A stretch of DNA of 64,000 nucleotides from an uncultured bacterium (GTDB lineage Bacteria > Krumholzibacteriota > Krumholzibacteriia > LZORAL124-64-63), in assembly GCA_963732385.1 (NCBI GenBank), contig CAVSZB010000008.1, positions 1-64,000 of the forward strand. The letters are read 5' to 3'. The notes under the pieces are model-generated. The model had not been told where the DNA came from and did not search any database. It was given only the letters and a program-made list of their open reading frames with translations. Position 1 is the first letter of the stretch. Every line of letters begins with the position of its first letter. The position numbers and the translations under genes are program-made. Positions 1 to 7,774 of the stretch are shown here, in pieces.

Positions 1-287
1 GGCGGGGAGTTCGCCGGCAGGACGGAGTGAGTTCCTTGCTATCTCCTGACGCAGGAGTGTCCAGTGGCAGTATGATAACAGCCGGTTTCGGTGATTGTTT
101 GACCGCAGGAGTCGCACAGCACCCGGTCCTTGTCCGTTGGCTATGGCGAGTTAGTCACGGGAAGTGTCGAAGGGCGGGGGCAGATCACACCGGCGATGAC
201 TTTCTACCCTTCAGCAGATCATCGTCCCGGATTCAGTGGTGCACCGCCAGACCCGGAAATGGACATGTCCAGGAAGGAAGGGAATTG

Positions 288-1253
288 TTGGACAGCTTCT
301 CGTCGATCCAGAGACGGGACGGCCCCGCGGATCTCTCGGTGGTCGTAGTCATCCCAGCCAAGAACGAGGCGGCCAACATTCGGACCTGTCTGGAGGCCAT
401 CGCGGCCCAGGACTATCCGCCCGAACTGGTCCGGGTAGTGGTTGTCGACAACGGCTCCACCGACGATACTCAAGAGTTGGCCGCCGGGGCCGGCGTCACC
501 GTCCTGCTGGACCCCGAGTCGACTATCGCCGGCCTGCGCAATCGGGGCGCGGCCGCCTACGAAAGCGACGTCCTGGCTTTCCTCGATGCGGACATGATCC
601 CCTCCCCCGGTTGGCTGTGGGAGGCTATTTCCGTCCTGAAAGAAAATGGCGTGGGCGCCGTCGGAGGGATGCTGGACATCCCGGACGACGCACCCTGGGT
701 CGAGCGCGCCTGGTGCCTGAACCGTCGCACGAAGCCGCAGAAGGCGGAATTCCCCTGGCTGCCATCCGGGAACCTGCTGATCGAACGTGCGGCGTTCCGG
801 CAGGTCGGGGGCTTCGACGCGAACCTCACGACCTGCGAGGACGTGGACATCAGCGCCCGGCTGCGGCGGGCTGGCTACCGGCTGATGTTCGTTCGGAGCG
901 CCACGGTGGTTCACACCGGCGAGTCGAAGTCCATCGTCGCTATGTTCCGGAAGGAATTGTGGCGCGGCAAGAACAGCATCGGCCGGATCGGTGGCCTGCG
1001 CGAGAACCCGCGGGAGGCCGCCAGCATCCTGATCCCGGTTGTCCAACTCGTCCTGCTGTTGCTGCCGCCGGTCCTCCTCCTGGCGGGCCGGCCGCTGGCG
1101 GCGGCCGTCAGCCTGGCCCTGCCCTTGGGGCTGCCGGCCCTGCGGGCGGCGCTGATCAGCGTCAAGCTGAGCACGATCCGGCACTACTTGCCCCTGGTCG
1201 GGGTCTGGTACATTTACTACCTGGCCAGAGCCATCGCCGTGGTCTATCGGTGA
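288..1253 (+). CDS. Glycosyltransferase family 2 with C-terminal membrane segments
   Basis: Motifs VVIPAKNE, VVVDNGSTD, AFLDAD and EDVD; hydrophobic C-terminus. Start moved from ORF 27 to TTG at 285/288, which follows a purine-rich RBS-like run (GGAAGGAAGGGAA). Confidence 0.85.
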   Translation: MDSFSSIQRRDGPADLSVVVVIPAKNEAANIRTCLEAIAAQDYPPELVRVVVVDNGSTDDTQELAAGAGVTVLLDPESTIAGLRNRGAAAYESDVLAFLDADMIPSPGWLWEAISVLKENGVGAVGGMLDIPDDAPWVERAWCLNRRTKPQKAEFPWLPSGNLLIERAAFRQVGGFDANLTTCEDVDISARLRRAGYRLMFVRSATVVHTGESKSIVAMFRKELWRGKNSIGRIGGLRENPREAASILIPVVQLVLLLLPPVLLLAGRPLAAAVSLALPLGLPALRAALISVKLSTIRHYLPLVGVWYIYYLARAIAVVYR

Positions 1254-1281
1254 CTGTCCCCGCGCATCCCGAGGGAGTCCC

Positions 1282-2667
1282 ATGGTGAATTGGAAGGAAC
1301 GGCTTTACTACAACTCCCCGGGCTGGCTGCAGGACCTGGCGGTCTCGACCATGGGCCTGCAACTGCGGCGGCGGCGATACGGCCCCGCGGGACGGACCTT
1401 CTCGGAACTTCTGGACCGCACGCAGCGCCTGTCGGCAGCCGAGTTGGAGAATCTGCAGCGGGAGAGCTTCGCGGATCTCGTGAGGTTCGCCCTGGACCAG
1501 GTGCCCTTCTACCGGGATCTGGTGCGCCGGGATCCTTCGCTGGGGGACCGGCCGCCTTCCCTGGACGACATCGCACGCCTCCCTATCATCGACAAGGGCA
1601 TGCTCCGGGAGACGCCGGAGAGATTCCACGCCGAACGAGGCTCCTATCGGGGCCCCGTGTTCTCCCTGGGCACCAGCGGCACCAGCGGCACGCCGCTCAA
1701 GCTGCTCTGCGACAGCCCTGCCCGGCAGCGGCACTACGCCTTCTGGACGCGGTTGAGGCGGCAGAACGGGATTCCGGACGGTGCGCTGCGGGCCACCTTC
1801 TTCGGCCGCGTAATCCTTGCCCCCGACGCGGAGACGCCGCCCTTCTGGCGCCGCGACCGTGCCCAGAACATCCTGCTCTTCTCGTCCTACCACCTGGCCG
1901 AGCGGAACCTGCCCCATTACTACCGGAAGCTGTGCGAGGTCGCGCCCCGGGAGATCATTGGCTATCCCTCCAGTCTCTACCAGGTGGCCCGTTACATCGT
2001 GCGGGAAGGATTGCCCTTTCCCGCCCCCCGGGTCGTCTTTACGACCGCCGAGACGCTGCTCGCGCAGCAGCGCGCGACTATCGGGGAGGCCTTCGGCGCC
2101 CCGGTCATCGACCAGTATGGCTGCACCGAGATGGTGATCTTCGCGGCCCAATGCGTCCATGGCGGATACCATCTGCATCCGGAACATGGATACCTGGAGA
2201 TCTTGGACGACCGGGACCGGCCCGTGGGGCCGGGCGAGACGGGCTCCGCAGTCTGCACCGGTTTCCTGAACCGAGCCATGCCCCTGATCCGGTACCGCCT
2301 GGGGGACCGCCTGATGGCCGGCTCCGGGTCCTGCCCCTGCGGTTCAGCCTTTCCCCTGCTCGGCGGCATCGAGGGTCGCCTGGACGACGTCCTGCTGACG
2401 GTCGACGGCCGTCCCCTGACCCGGCTGGACCCGGTGTTCAAGACGCTGGGCGGCATCGCCGAGGCCCAGATCATCCAGCAGGAGAGAGACCTGCTGGTGG
2501 TCAGACTGGTGCCCGACGGCGTCTTCGACGAGGCCGGCGAACGCGCCCTCATCGGCGAGCTGCAGAAACGCGCGGGACGGGGCATGCGAATTCGGATCGA
2601 ACAAGTGGCCGAGATACCCAAGGACAGGAACGGGAAATTCCGGGCGGTCATCTCCCGGCTTTCCTGA
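1282..2667 (+). CDS. Phenylacetate-CoA ligase/CapK-like adenylate-forming (ANL) enzyme
   Basis: P-loop TSGTSGTP, YGCTE, PLIRYRLGD, GRLDD, terminal NGKFR; RBS GGGAG upstream. Confidence 0.85.
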   Translation: MVNWKERLYYNSPGWLQDLAVSTMGLQLRRRRYGPAGRTFSELLDRTQRLSAAELENLQRESFADLVRFALDQVPFYRDLVRRDPSLGDRPPSLDDIARLPIIDKGMLRETPERFHAERGSYRGPVFSLGTSGTSGTPLKLLCDSPARQRHYAFWTRLRRQNGIPDGALRATFFGRVILAPDAETPPFWRRDRAQNILLFSSYHLAERNLPHYYRKLCEVAPREIIGYPSSLYQVARYIVREGLPFPAPRVVFTTAETLLAQQRATIGEAFGAPVIDQYGCTEMVIFAAQCVHGGYHLHPEHGYLEILDDRDRPVGPGETGSAVCTGFLNRAMPLIRYRLGDRLMAGSGSCPCGSAFPLLGGIEGRLDDVLLTVDGRPLTRLDPVFKTLGGIAEAQIIQQERDLLVVRLVPDGVFDEAGERALIGELQKRAGRGMRIRIEQVAEIPKDRNGKFRAVISRLS

Positions 2668-2690
2668 GGCAGAGAACCGGAGAAAGCCGC

Positions 2691-3878
2691 TTGCGAAAAT
2701 CGTCCCCAGCGAATCCCGGACCGATACCCGTCCTGCACGTGGTGCACTGGCCCCGTAGCGGGATCACCTCGTTCCTGAAGAATCTGGTCCGGTTCGCGGA
2801 TCCGGATTCCTTCGCGCACAGCATCGCTTTCCTCCTGGCCGAGCAGGAGGAACTCGCCTGGTTCGCACGGCGCTGCCCCGCCGCGATGGACCTGGGGTTC
2901 GGCCGCGATCCGCTGCGAGCCCTACGGCGACTTGCGGCGCTGGTCAACCGGCCGGATGCCGCGTTGGTCCACACCCATTCCTTCCAGCCCGGCGTCTGGG
3001 CGCGGCTCTTCGGGAGCCGGGGCCGTGCGGCGGTCCTGTCGACGATCCACAGTCCCTATCCCTACTTTCTGGGGCGCACTCTCCCGGACCGGATCAAGGC
3101 GCAGATCGAGACCACCTCCATCAACCGCGCCGGACGCCCCGTGGTGGCTATCTCGGAGGCGGTTCAGAGGCATCTGTTGGCGAATACCGACATTGACCCC
3201 AGACTGATCCGGGTCGTCCGGAATGGACTCGATACCATGGCCCCCGAGGCGGAACCAGCGCCAGACCTGGCGCTGCCGGGGGCATCCGGCCGGGCGACCG
3301 ATGCCCGCACGGTGATCGCCGTTGCCAGGCTGAGCCGCGAGAAGGGGGTGGACATCCTCCTGCAGGCGTGGCCCGAAGTCGTCAGGGCTCACCCGCGGCT
3401 GCGGCTGGTGGTCGTCGGTGACGGCCCGGAGGCGGACGCCCTCCATGAACTGGTCCGCAGGACGGGCAGCGGGGAGTCGGTGACCTTCGCCGGCTACCGG
3501 CCGGAGGTGTCCTCCTGGCTGGCCGGCGCCGACGTGTTCGTCAATCCATCGCGTTTCGAAGGGCTGTCCATGAGCATCCTGGAGGCTCAGGTGGCCGGAG
3601 TGCCGGTCGTCGCCACCGCCGTGGGCGGGGTGCCAGAGATCATCCGGGACGGCGAGACCGGGACCCTGGTCGAGTCCGAGAATCCGGCCGCTCTGGCGGC
3701 GGCCATCGGAGCGGTCCTGGCCAGGCCGGAAGAGGCCCGGCGGATGGCCGAGGCGGGACGCCGCCGCGTCGCGGTCGAATTCGATATCCGTCGGACCGTC
3801 CGCAGCTACGAGGAAATCTACCGTGAGGTCCTGGCCGCGCCCGACGGCCGCTGCCCGAACGGAGGCGCCGGGACATGA
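2691..3878 (+). CDS. Glycosyltransferase family 4 (GT-B)
   Basis: VLHVV N-terminus, VARLSREKG, PSRFEGLSMSILEA (EX7E), PVVATAVGG. TTG start at 2691 after GGAG; upstream part of ORF 1290..3878 is a shadow of the preceding gene. Confidence 0.85.
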   Translation: MRKSSPANPGPIPVLHVVHWPRSGITSFLKNLVRFADPDSFAHSIAFLLAEQEELAWFARRCPAAMDLGFGRDPLRALRRLAALVNRPDAALVHTHSFQPGVWARLFGSRGRAAVLSTIHSPYPYFLGRTLPDRIKAQIETTSINRAGRPVVAISEAVQRHLLANTDIDPRLIRVVRNGLDTMAPEAEPAPDLALPGASGRATDARTVIAVARLSREKGVDILLQAWPEVVRAHPRLRLVVVGDGPEADALHELVRRTGSGESVTFAGYRPEVSSWLAGADVFVNPSRFEGLSMSILEAQVAGVPVVATAVGGVPEIIRDGETGTLVESENPAALAAAIGAVLARPEEARRMAEAGRRRVAVEFDIRRTVRSYEEIYREVLAAPDGRCPNGGAGT

Positions 3879-6124
3879 CCCAGGACCGGGACACGTGCCG
3901 GGACGACCACACCATCGAACTGATGGCCGTGGGCGACATGTGCTTTTCCGACCACCCGCTCTGCGCGGGTTTCGGCGTGGGCGCGCACATCGCCAGGAAG
4001 GGGTTCGACTTTCCGTTCGGGGGCGTGGCGGACGTGCTGGCGAGGGCCGACGTGGTCATCGGCAACCTGGAAACGAGCCTGGCGAAGGGGGGGGCGGGGC
4101 CGGCCGCCTTCCGCAGCGATCCCCGCGTGGCGGCGGCCCTGGCCCGGAACCACTTCGACCTGGTAACCGTGGCCAACAACCACTCCCTGCAGCAGGGCGA
4201 GGCTGCGTTCAGCGAGACGGTCAAGCACCTGCGGAACTCCGGCGTCGGGCCAGTGGGGCTGCACGCCCGGGGGGATTTCTCCTGTCGGCCGGAGTTCGTT
4301 GAGGCGCAGAGCCAGACCCTGGCCTTCCTGGGCTATTCGTTCACCGACGAAAATTTCCATCCCGCCGCCGAGGGCTACGCCCGCGGCGAGCCGGAACGAG
4401 TTTTCGCCGATGTGGCCCGGCTGGCGACTGAAGTGGACCACGTCGTGGTGGCCTGCCACTGGGGAGTGGAACTGGCTGAGGATCCGCCGCCGGGCGTCGT
4501 GGCCCTGGGCCGGGGCATCATCGACGCCGGGGCTCGGGTCGTGCTGGGCCACCATCCGCACGTCTGGCAGGGTGTCGAAGATTACCGCCACGGCGTGATC
4601 TTCTACAGCTTGGGGGATTTCATCTTCGACCTGGCCTGGTGCCGGAAGTGCCGGGAAACCGGGTTGGCCCGGATCCGGCTGGCCAGGGGGCGGCCGCCGA
4701 CCTGGGAGGTCGTGCCCGCAGTCATCGACCGTCAGCACCGGCCCGCGCCAGTGGTCGGACCGGCCGGGCAGCGGTGGCTGGCTCGGCTGCAGGAGCGCTC
4801 GGCCCGCGTCGCCGGGCTCGTCGCCGGGCTTCCCGGGGAACAGCCCTCGCCCGAGTTCCTGGCCCGCGTCCGGGCCAGGACAGTGGTCAATCAGCGCGCC
4901 AAGGTTCTCCACGTGCTGCGGAACTTCCATCGCCTGGGGCCCGGGCGCTTCTGGGGATTGGCCCGCGAGCAGGTGAGGGCCCGAATCGGCGCCTCGAGCT
5001 GCGATCCTGCGGTCGTGGCCATGGGGGACCGTGCGCCGCAAGCGGAGCCCATCAAAGTCCTCTACTGCATCGACGCGCTCGTGCGCGGCGGCACCGAACT
5101 GCAGCTCCTCGGGCTGATCAAACGTCTGGACCGCCGCCGGTTCAGTCCCTACCTCCTGACGATCCGGCCCTCCCCCGCTGAGCTGACGCCGGACGACTGT
5201 CCCCACCTGGCGTGGCAAGTGCCGCGGCTGCTCTCCCTGCGCGGGGTACGCGCAATGGCGCGGCTGGTCGGGATTCTGCGCCGGGAGGATTTCCGGGTCG
5301 TACAAACCTTCTTCCAGGATTCAACGATATTCGGCGGGACCGCGGCCCGTCTGGCCGGCGTGCCCGTACGGCTGGCCTGCTTCCGGGACCTGGGGTTCTG
5401 GCGCACGCGCGGTCAGACCCTGCTGCTGCGCCGGGTCTACCCCATGATGACCGGCTTTTTGTGCAACGCTGACGTGGTCAAGCGGCACGTCGTGGCGCAG
5501 CACGGGCTGCGGCCTGATCGCGTCGACGTGGTCTACAATGGGATCGACACCGCGGCGCTGCCTTGGGTGGACCATGCCGGGCCCACCCTGCACGTGGGCA
5601 TCGTGGGGAACCTGACTCGCCGGGTCAAGCGGACGGACCTGTTCATCCAGGCGGCCGCGGCGATCGCCCGCCGGCCGTCGGGCGAAAGCGTGACCTGGCA
5701 CGTCGTCGGGGACGGAGGACTGAGGGCCGAGTACGAGGCGCTGGCCCGCGCCGAGCGCATCGCCGACCGGGTGGTCTTCGCCGGTCGCATTGCCGATGTC
5801 GCCGCGTACCTGGAGCGACTCCAGGTCGGAGTGCTTTGCTCGGATTCGGAGGGATTCAGCAACGCGCTGCTCGAGTACATGCTCAAAGGGTGCGCCTGCG
5901 TGGCCACCGATGTCGGAGGCAACGCGGAGGCTGTTCGGCACGGTCGAACCGGACTGCTGGTGCCGCCGGGAAACGCCGCGGCCCTCGCCGAAGCCCTGGA
6001 GAAACTGATAGTGGACACGGCCCTGCGCCGGGAGCTGGCGCGGCAGGCCCGCGCCTTCGCCGAAGCGGGTTTCGACTGGGAGAAATGCGTGGCCGGACAC
6101 GAGGCGATCTACCTCGGCGAGTGA
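3875..6124 (+). CDS. Fusion of CapA/PGA_cap metallophosphoesterase-like domain (N-terminal) and GT4 glycosyltransferase (C-terminal)
   Basis: N-half: AVGD, GNLET, ANNH, HWG, GHHPH, YSLGDF. C-half from about 5021: KVLYCID..GGTE, SDSEGFSNALLE, ATDVGG. No stop codon between the halves; ATGA overlap with the upstream gene. Confidence 0.8.
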   Translation: MTQDRDTCRDDHTIELMAVGDMCFSDHPLCAGFGVGAHIARKGFDFPFGGVADVLARADVVIGNLETSLAKGGAGPAAFRSDPRVAAALARNHFDLVTVANNHSLQQGEAAFSETVKHLRNSGVGPVGLHARGDFSCRPEFVEAQSQTLAFLGYSFTDENFHPAAEGYARGEPERVFADVARLATEVDHVVVACHWGVELAEDPPPGVVALGRGIIDAGARVVLGHHPHVWQGVEDYRHGVIFYSLGDFIFDLAWCRKCRETGLARIRLARGRPPTWEVVPAVIDRQHRPAPVVGPAGQRWLARLQERSARVAGLVAGLPGEQPSPEFLARVRARTVVNQRAKVLHVLRNFHRLGPGRFWGLAREQVRARIGASSCDPAVVAMGDRAPQAEPIKVLYCIDALVRGGTELQLLGLIKRLDRRRFSPYLLTIRPSPAELTPDDCPHLAWQVPRLLSLRGVRAMARLVGILRREDFRVVQTFFQDSTIFGGTAARLAGVPVRLACFRDLGFWRTRGQTLLLRRVYPMMTGFLCNADVVKRHVVAQHGLRPDRVDVVYNGIDTAALPWVDHAGPTLHVGIVGNLTRRVKRTDLFIQAAAAIARRPSGESVTWHVVGDGGLRAEYEALARAERIADRVVFAGRIADVAAYLERLQVGVLCSDSEGFSNALLEYMLKGCACVATDVGGNAEAVRHGRTGLLVPPGNAAALAEALEKLIVDTALRRELARQARAFAEAGFDWEKCVAGHEAIYLGE

Positions 6125-6142
6125 CCCTGGGCAGGAGCGGAA

Positions 6143-7489
6143 ATGGCGCGATTCCCGAATTTCCTGGTGAGGAGTTTCTTCGAACCCCTGTGGGACGTGT
6201 ACGAAGGCAGTGTGCGCCTGAAGACCCTGCGCAGCCTGCGGCGGACGCAGTTCCACTCGCCAGAGCGGATCCGGGCGGAGCAGGACCGCATGCTCGCGCT
6301 CATCGTCGGCCACGCGGTCCGGACCAGCCCCTTCTACCGCCGCCGCTTCGCTGAGGCGGGGATAGACCCTGCGGCCGTCCATTCGATCGCGGACCTGGAC
6401 GGCCTGCCGCTCCTGACGAAATCCGACATTCGTGCCCACCTGGACGAGATCCTCTCTGGCGACTACGAGAAGGGCGTCCTGATCGGGGCCAAGACCGGCG
6501 GTTCCACGGGCGTGGCCTTGCAGATCTACTGCGATGTCCGGGGCGTGCAGGTGCGCAAGGCTGCGGCGTTGCGCTCGGACGAGTGGTCGGGCTGGCGGCT
6601 GGGCGAACCCCTGGCGGCGGTCTGGGGCAATCCGCCGGTACCGGTCACGTTCAAGAACCGACTGCGCGCCCTCTGTAAGGACCGCCTGATCTACCTGGAC
6701 ACCATGAGGATCGACGGTCCGGCAATCGATACCTTTGTCGCGCAGTGGCGCGTGCTGCGCCCGGGCTTGCTCTTCGGGCACGCGCACTCGCTATTCATCC
6801 TGGCGGAGAACCTGCTCGGGCGTGGCATCTCGATCCGCCCGCGGGGTATCGTGGCCACGAGCATGATGCTCATTCCCTCTGAGCGGCGGGTGATCGAGGA
6901 GGCCTTCGGTTCGAAGGTGACCAACCGTTACGGTTGCGAGGAGGTGAGCCTGATCGCCTGCGAGTGCGAGGAGCACCGCGGGCTGCACCTGAACGCCGAT
7001 CACAACATCGTGGAGTTCCTGCGCGACGACGGGACGCCCTGCCGGCCCGGGGAGGACGGCCGGCTGGTGATCACCGAGCTGGTCAACTTCGGCATGCCGA
7101 TGATCCGCTACGATGTCGGCGACCGCGGCGTGCCCGCCGATCGCCTCTGCCCCTGCGGACGCGGGCTGCCCCTGATGGAGTCGGTCACAGGCCGGACGGC
7201 CGATTTCCTGGTGGCCGAGCAGGGCTACCGGGTGGCAGGAATCTCGATCATCGAGAACTCCCTGACTCGGATCCCGGGTCTGCGCCAGATGCAGATTGTG
7301 CAGGACAGGGCCGACCACCTGCTGGTGAACCTCGTTGCCAGCGGGGATTACACCGCTGAGTCGGGGGGCGAACTCGTGGCCTCTCTCCGGAGAATACTGG
7401 GTGCGGGAATGCAGGTGGACTTGAACTTGGTAGAGGGCATTCCCCAAGAGAAGTCCGGGAAATATAGGTTCACAAAGTGTCTGATCTGA
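6143..7489 (+). CDS. Second phenylacetate-CoA ligase/CapK-like adenylate-forming enzyme
   Basis: KTGGSTG, RYGCEE, PMIRYDVGD, GRTAD, terminal SGKYR; RBS AGGAG. Confidence 0.85.
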   Translation: MARFPNFLVRSFFEPLWDVYEGSVRLKTLRSLRRTQFHSPERIRAEQDRMLALIVGHAVRTSPFYRRRFAEAGIDPAAVHSIADLDGLPLLTKSDIRAHLDEILSGDYEKGVLIGAKTGGSTGVALQIYCDVRGVQVRKAAALRSDEWSGWRLGEPLAAVWGNPPVPVTFKNRLRALCKDRLIYLDTMRIDGPAIDTFVAQWRVLRPGLLFGHAHSLFILAENLLGRGISIRPRGIVATSMMLIPSERRVIEEAFGSKVTNRYGCEEVSLIACECEEHRGLHLNADHNIVEFLRDDGTPCRPGEDGRLVITELVNFGMPMIRYDVGDRGVPADRLCPCGRGLPLMESVTGRTADFLVAEQGYRVAGISIIENSLTRIPGLRQMQIVQDRADHLLVNLVASGDYTAESGGELVASLRRILGAGMQVDLNLVEGIPQEKSGKYRFTKCLI

Positions 7490-7774
7490 CGACTGTCCGA
7501 GCAGGCAGGAGCCCGGAACGGCATCCCGCCGGTTTCTGCGAGTAAACCATCAAATCATCGAGCTGCCGGATCAAAATTCGCCCGAAGGACCGTAGCGGGC
7601 GCGGGTTCCGTCTCGTAAGCCGGGTTTCCGGACCATTTGCAACGGATCGATTATGATTGTAGCTAGTTGCCAATTGGCCAGAGGGCAGCGACATCGCAGA
7701 TCAACCCGCTACGCCAGCAGACGATAATCAGAAGACCAGGTAATTCTTGTTCGATCGGATCGGGCACCGGGGGA

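Noticed and set aside
1290..2690. Apparent 862-aa protein from ORF 1290..3878
   Set aside because: The N-terminal part is a low-complexity off-frame reading of the CapK-like gene; only 2691-3878 encodes a GT4.
3875..5020. Poly-gamma-glutamate capsule synthesis
   Set aside because: Only a CapA-like domain is present; no CapB/CapC ligase components in the window.
1282..7489. Phenylacetate catabolism
   Set aside because: No paa oxygenase or ring-opening genes; the context is glycan biosynthesis.
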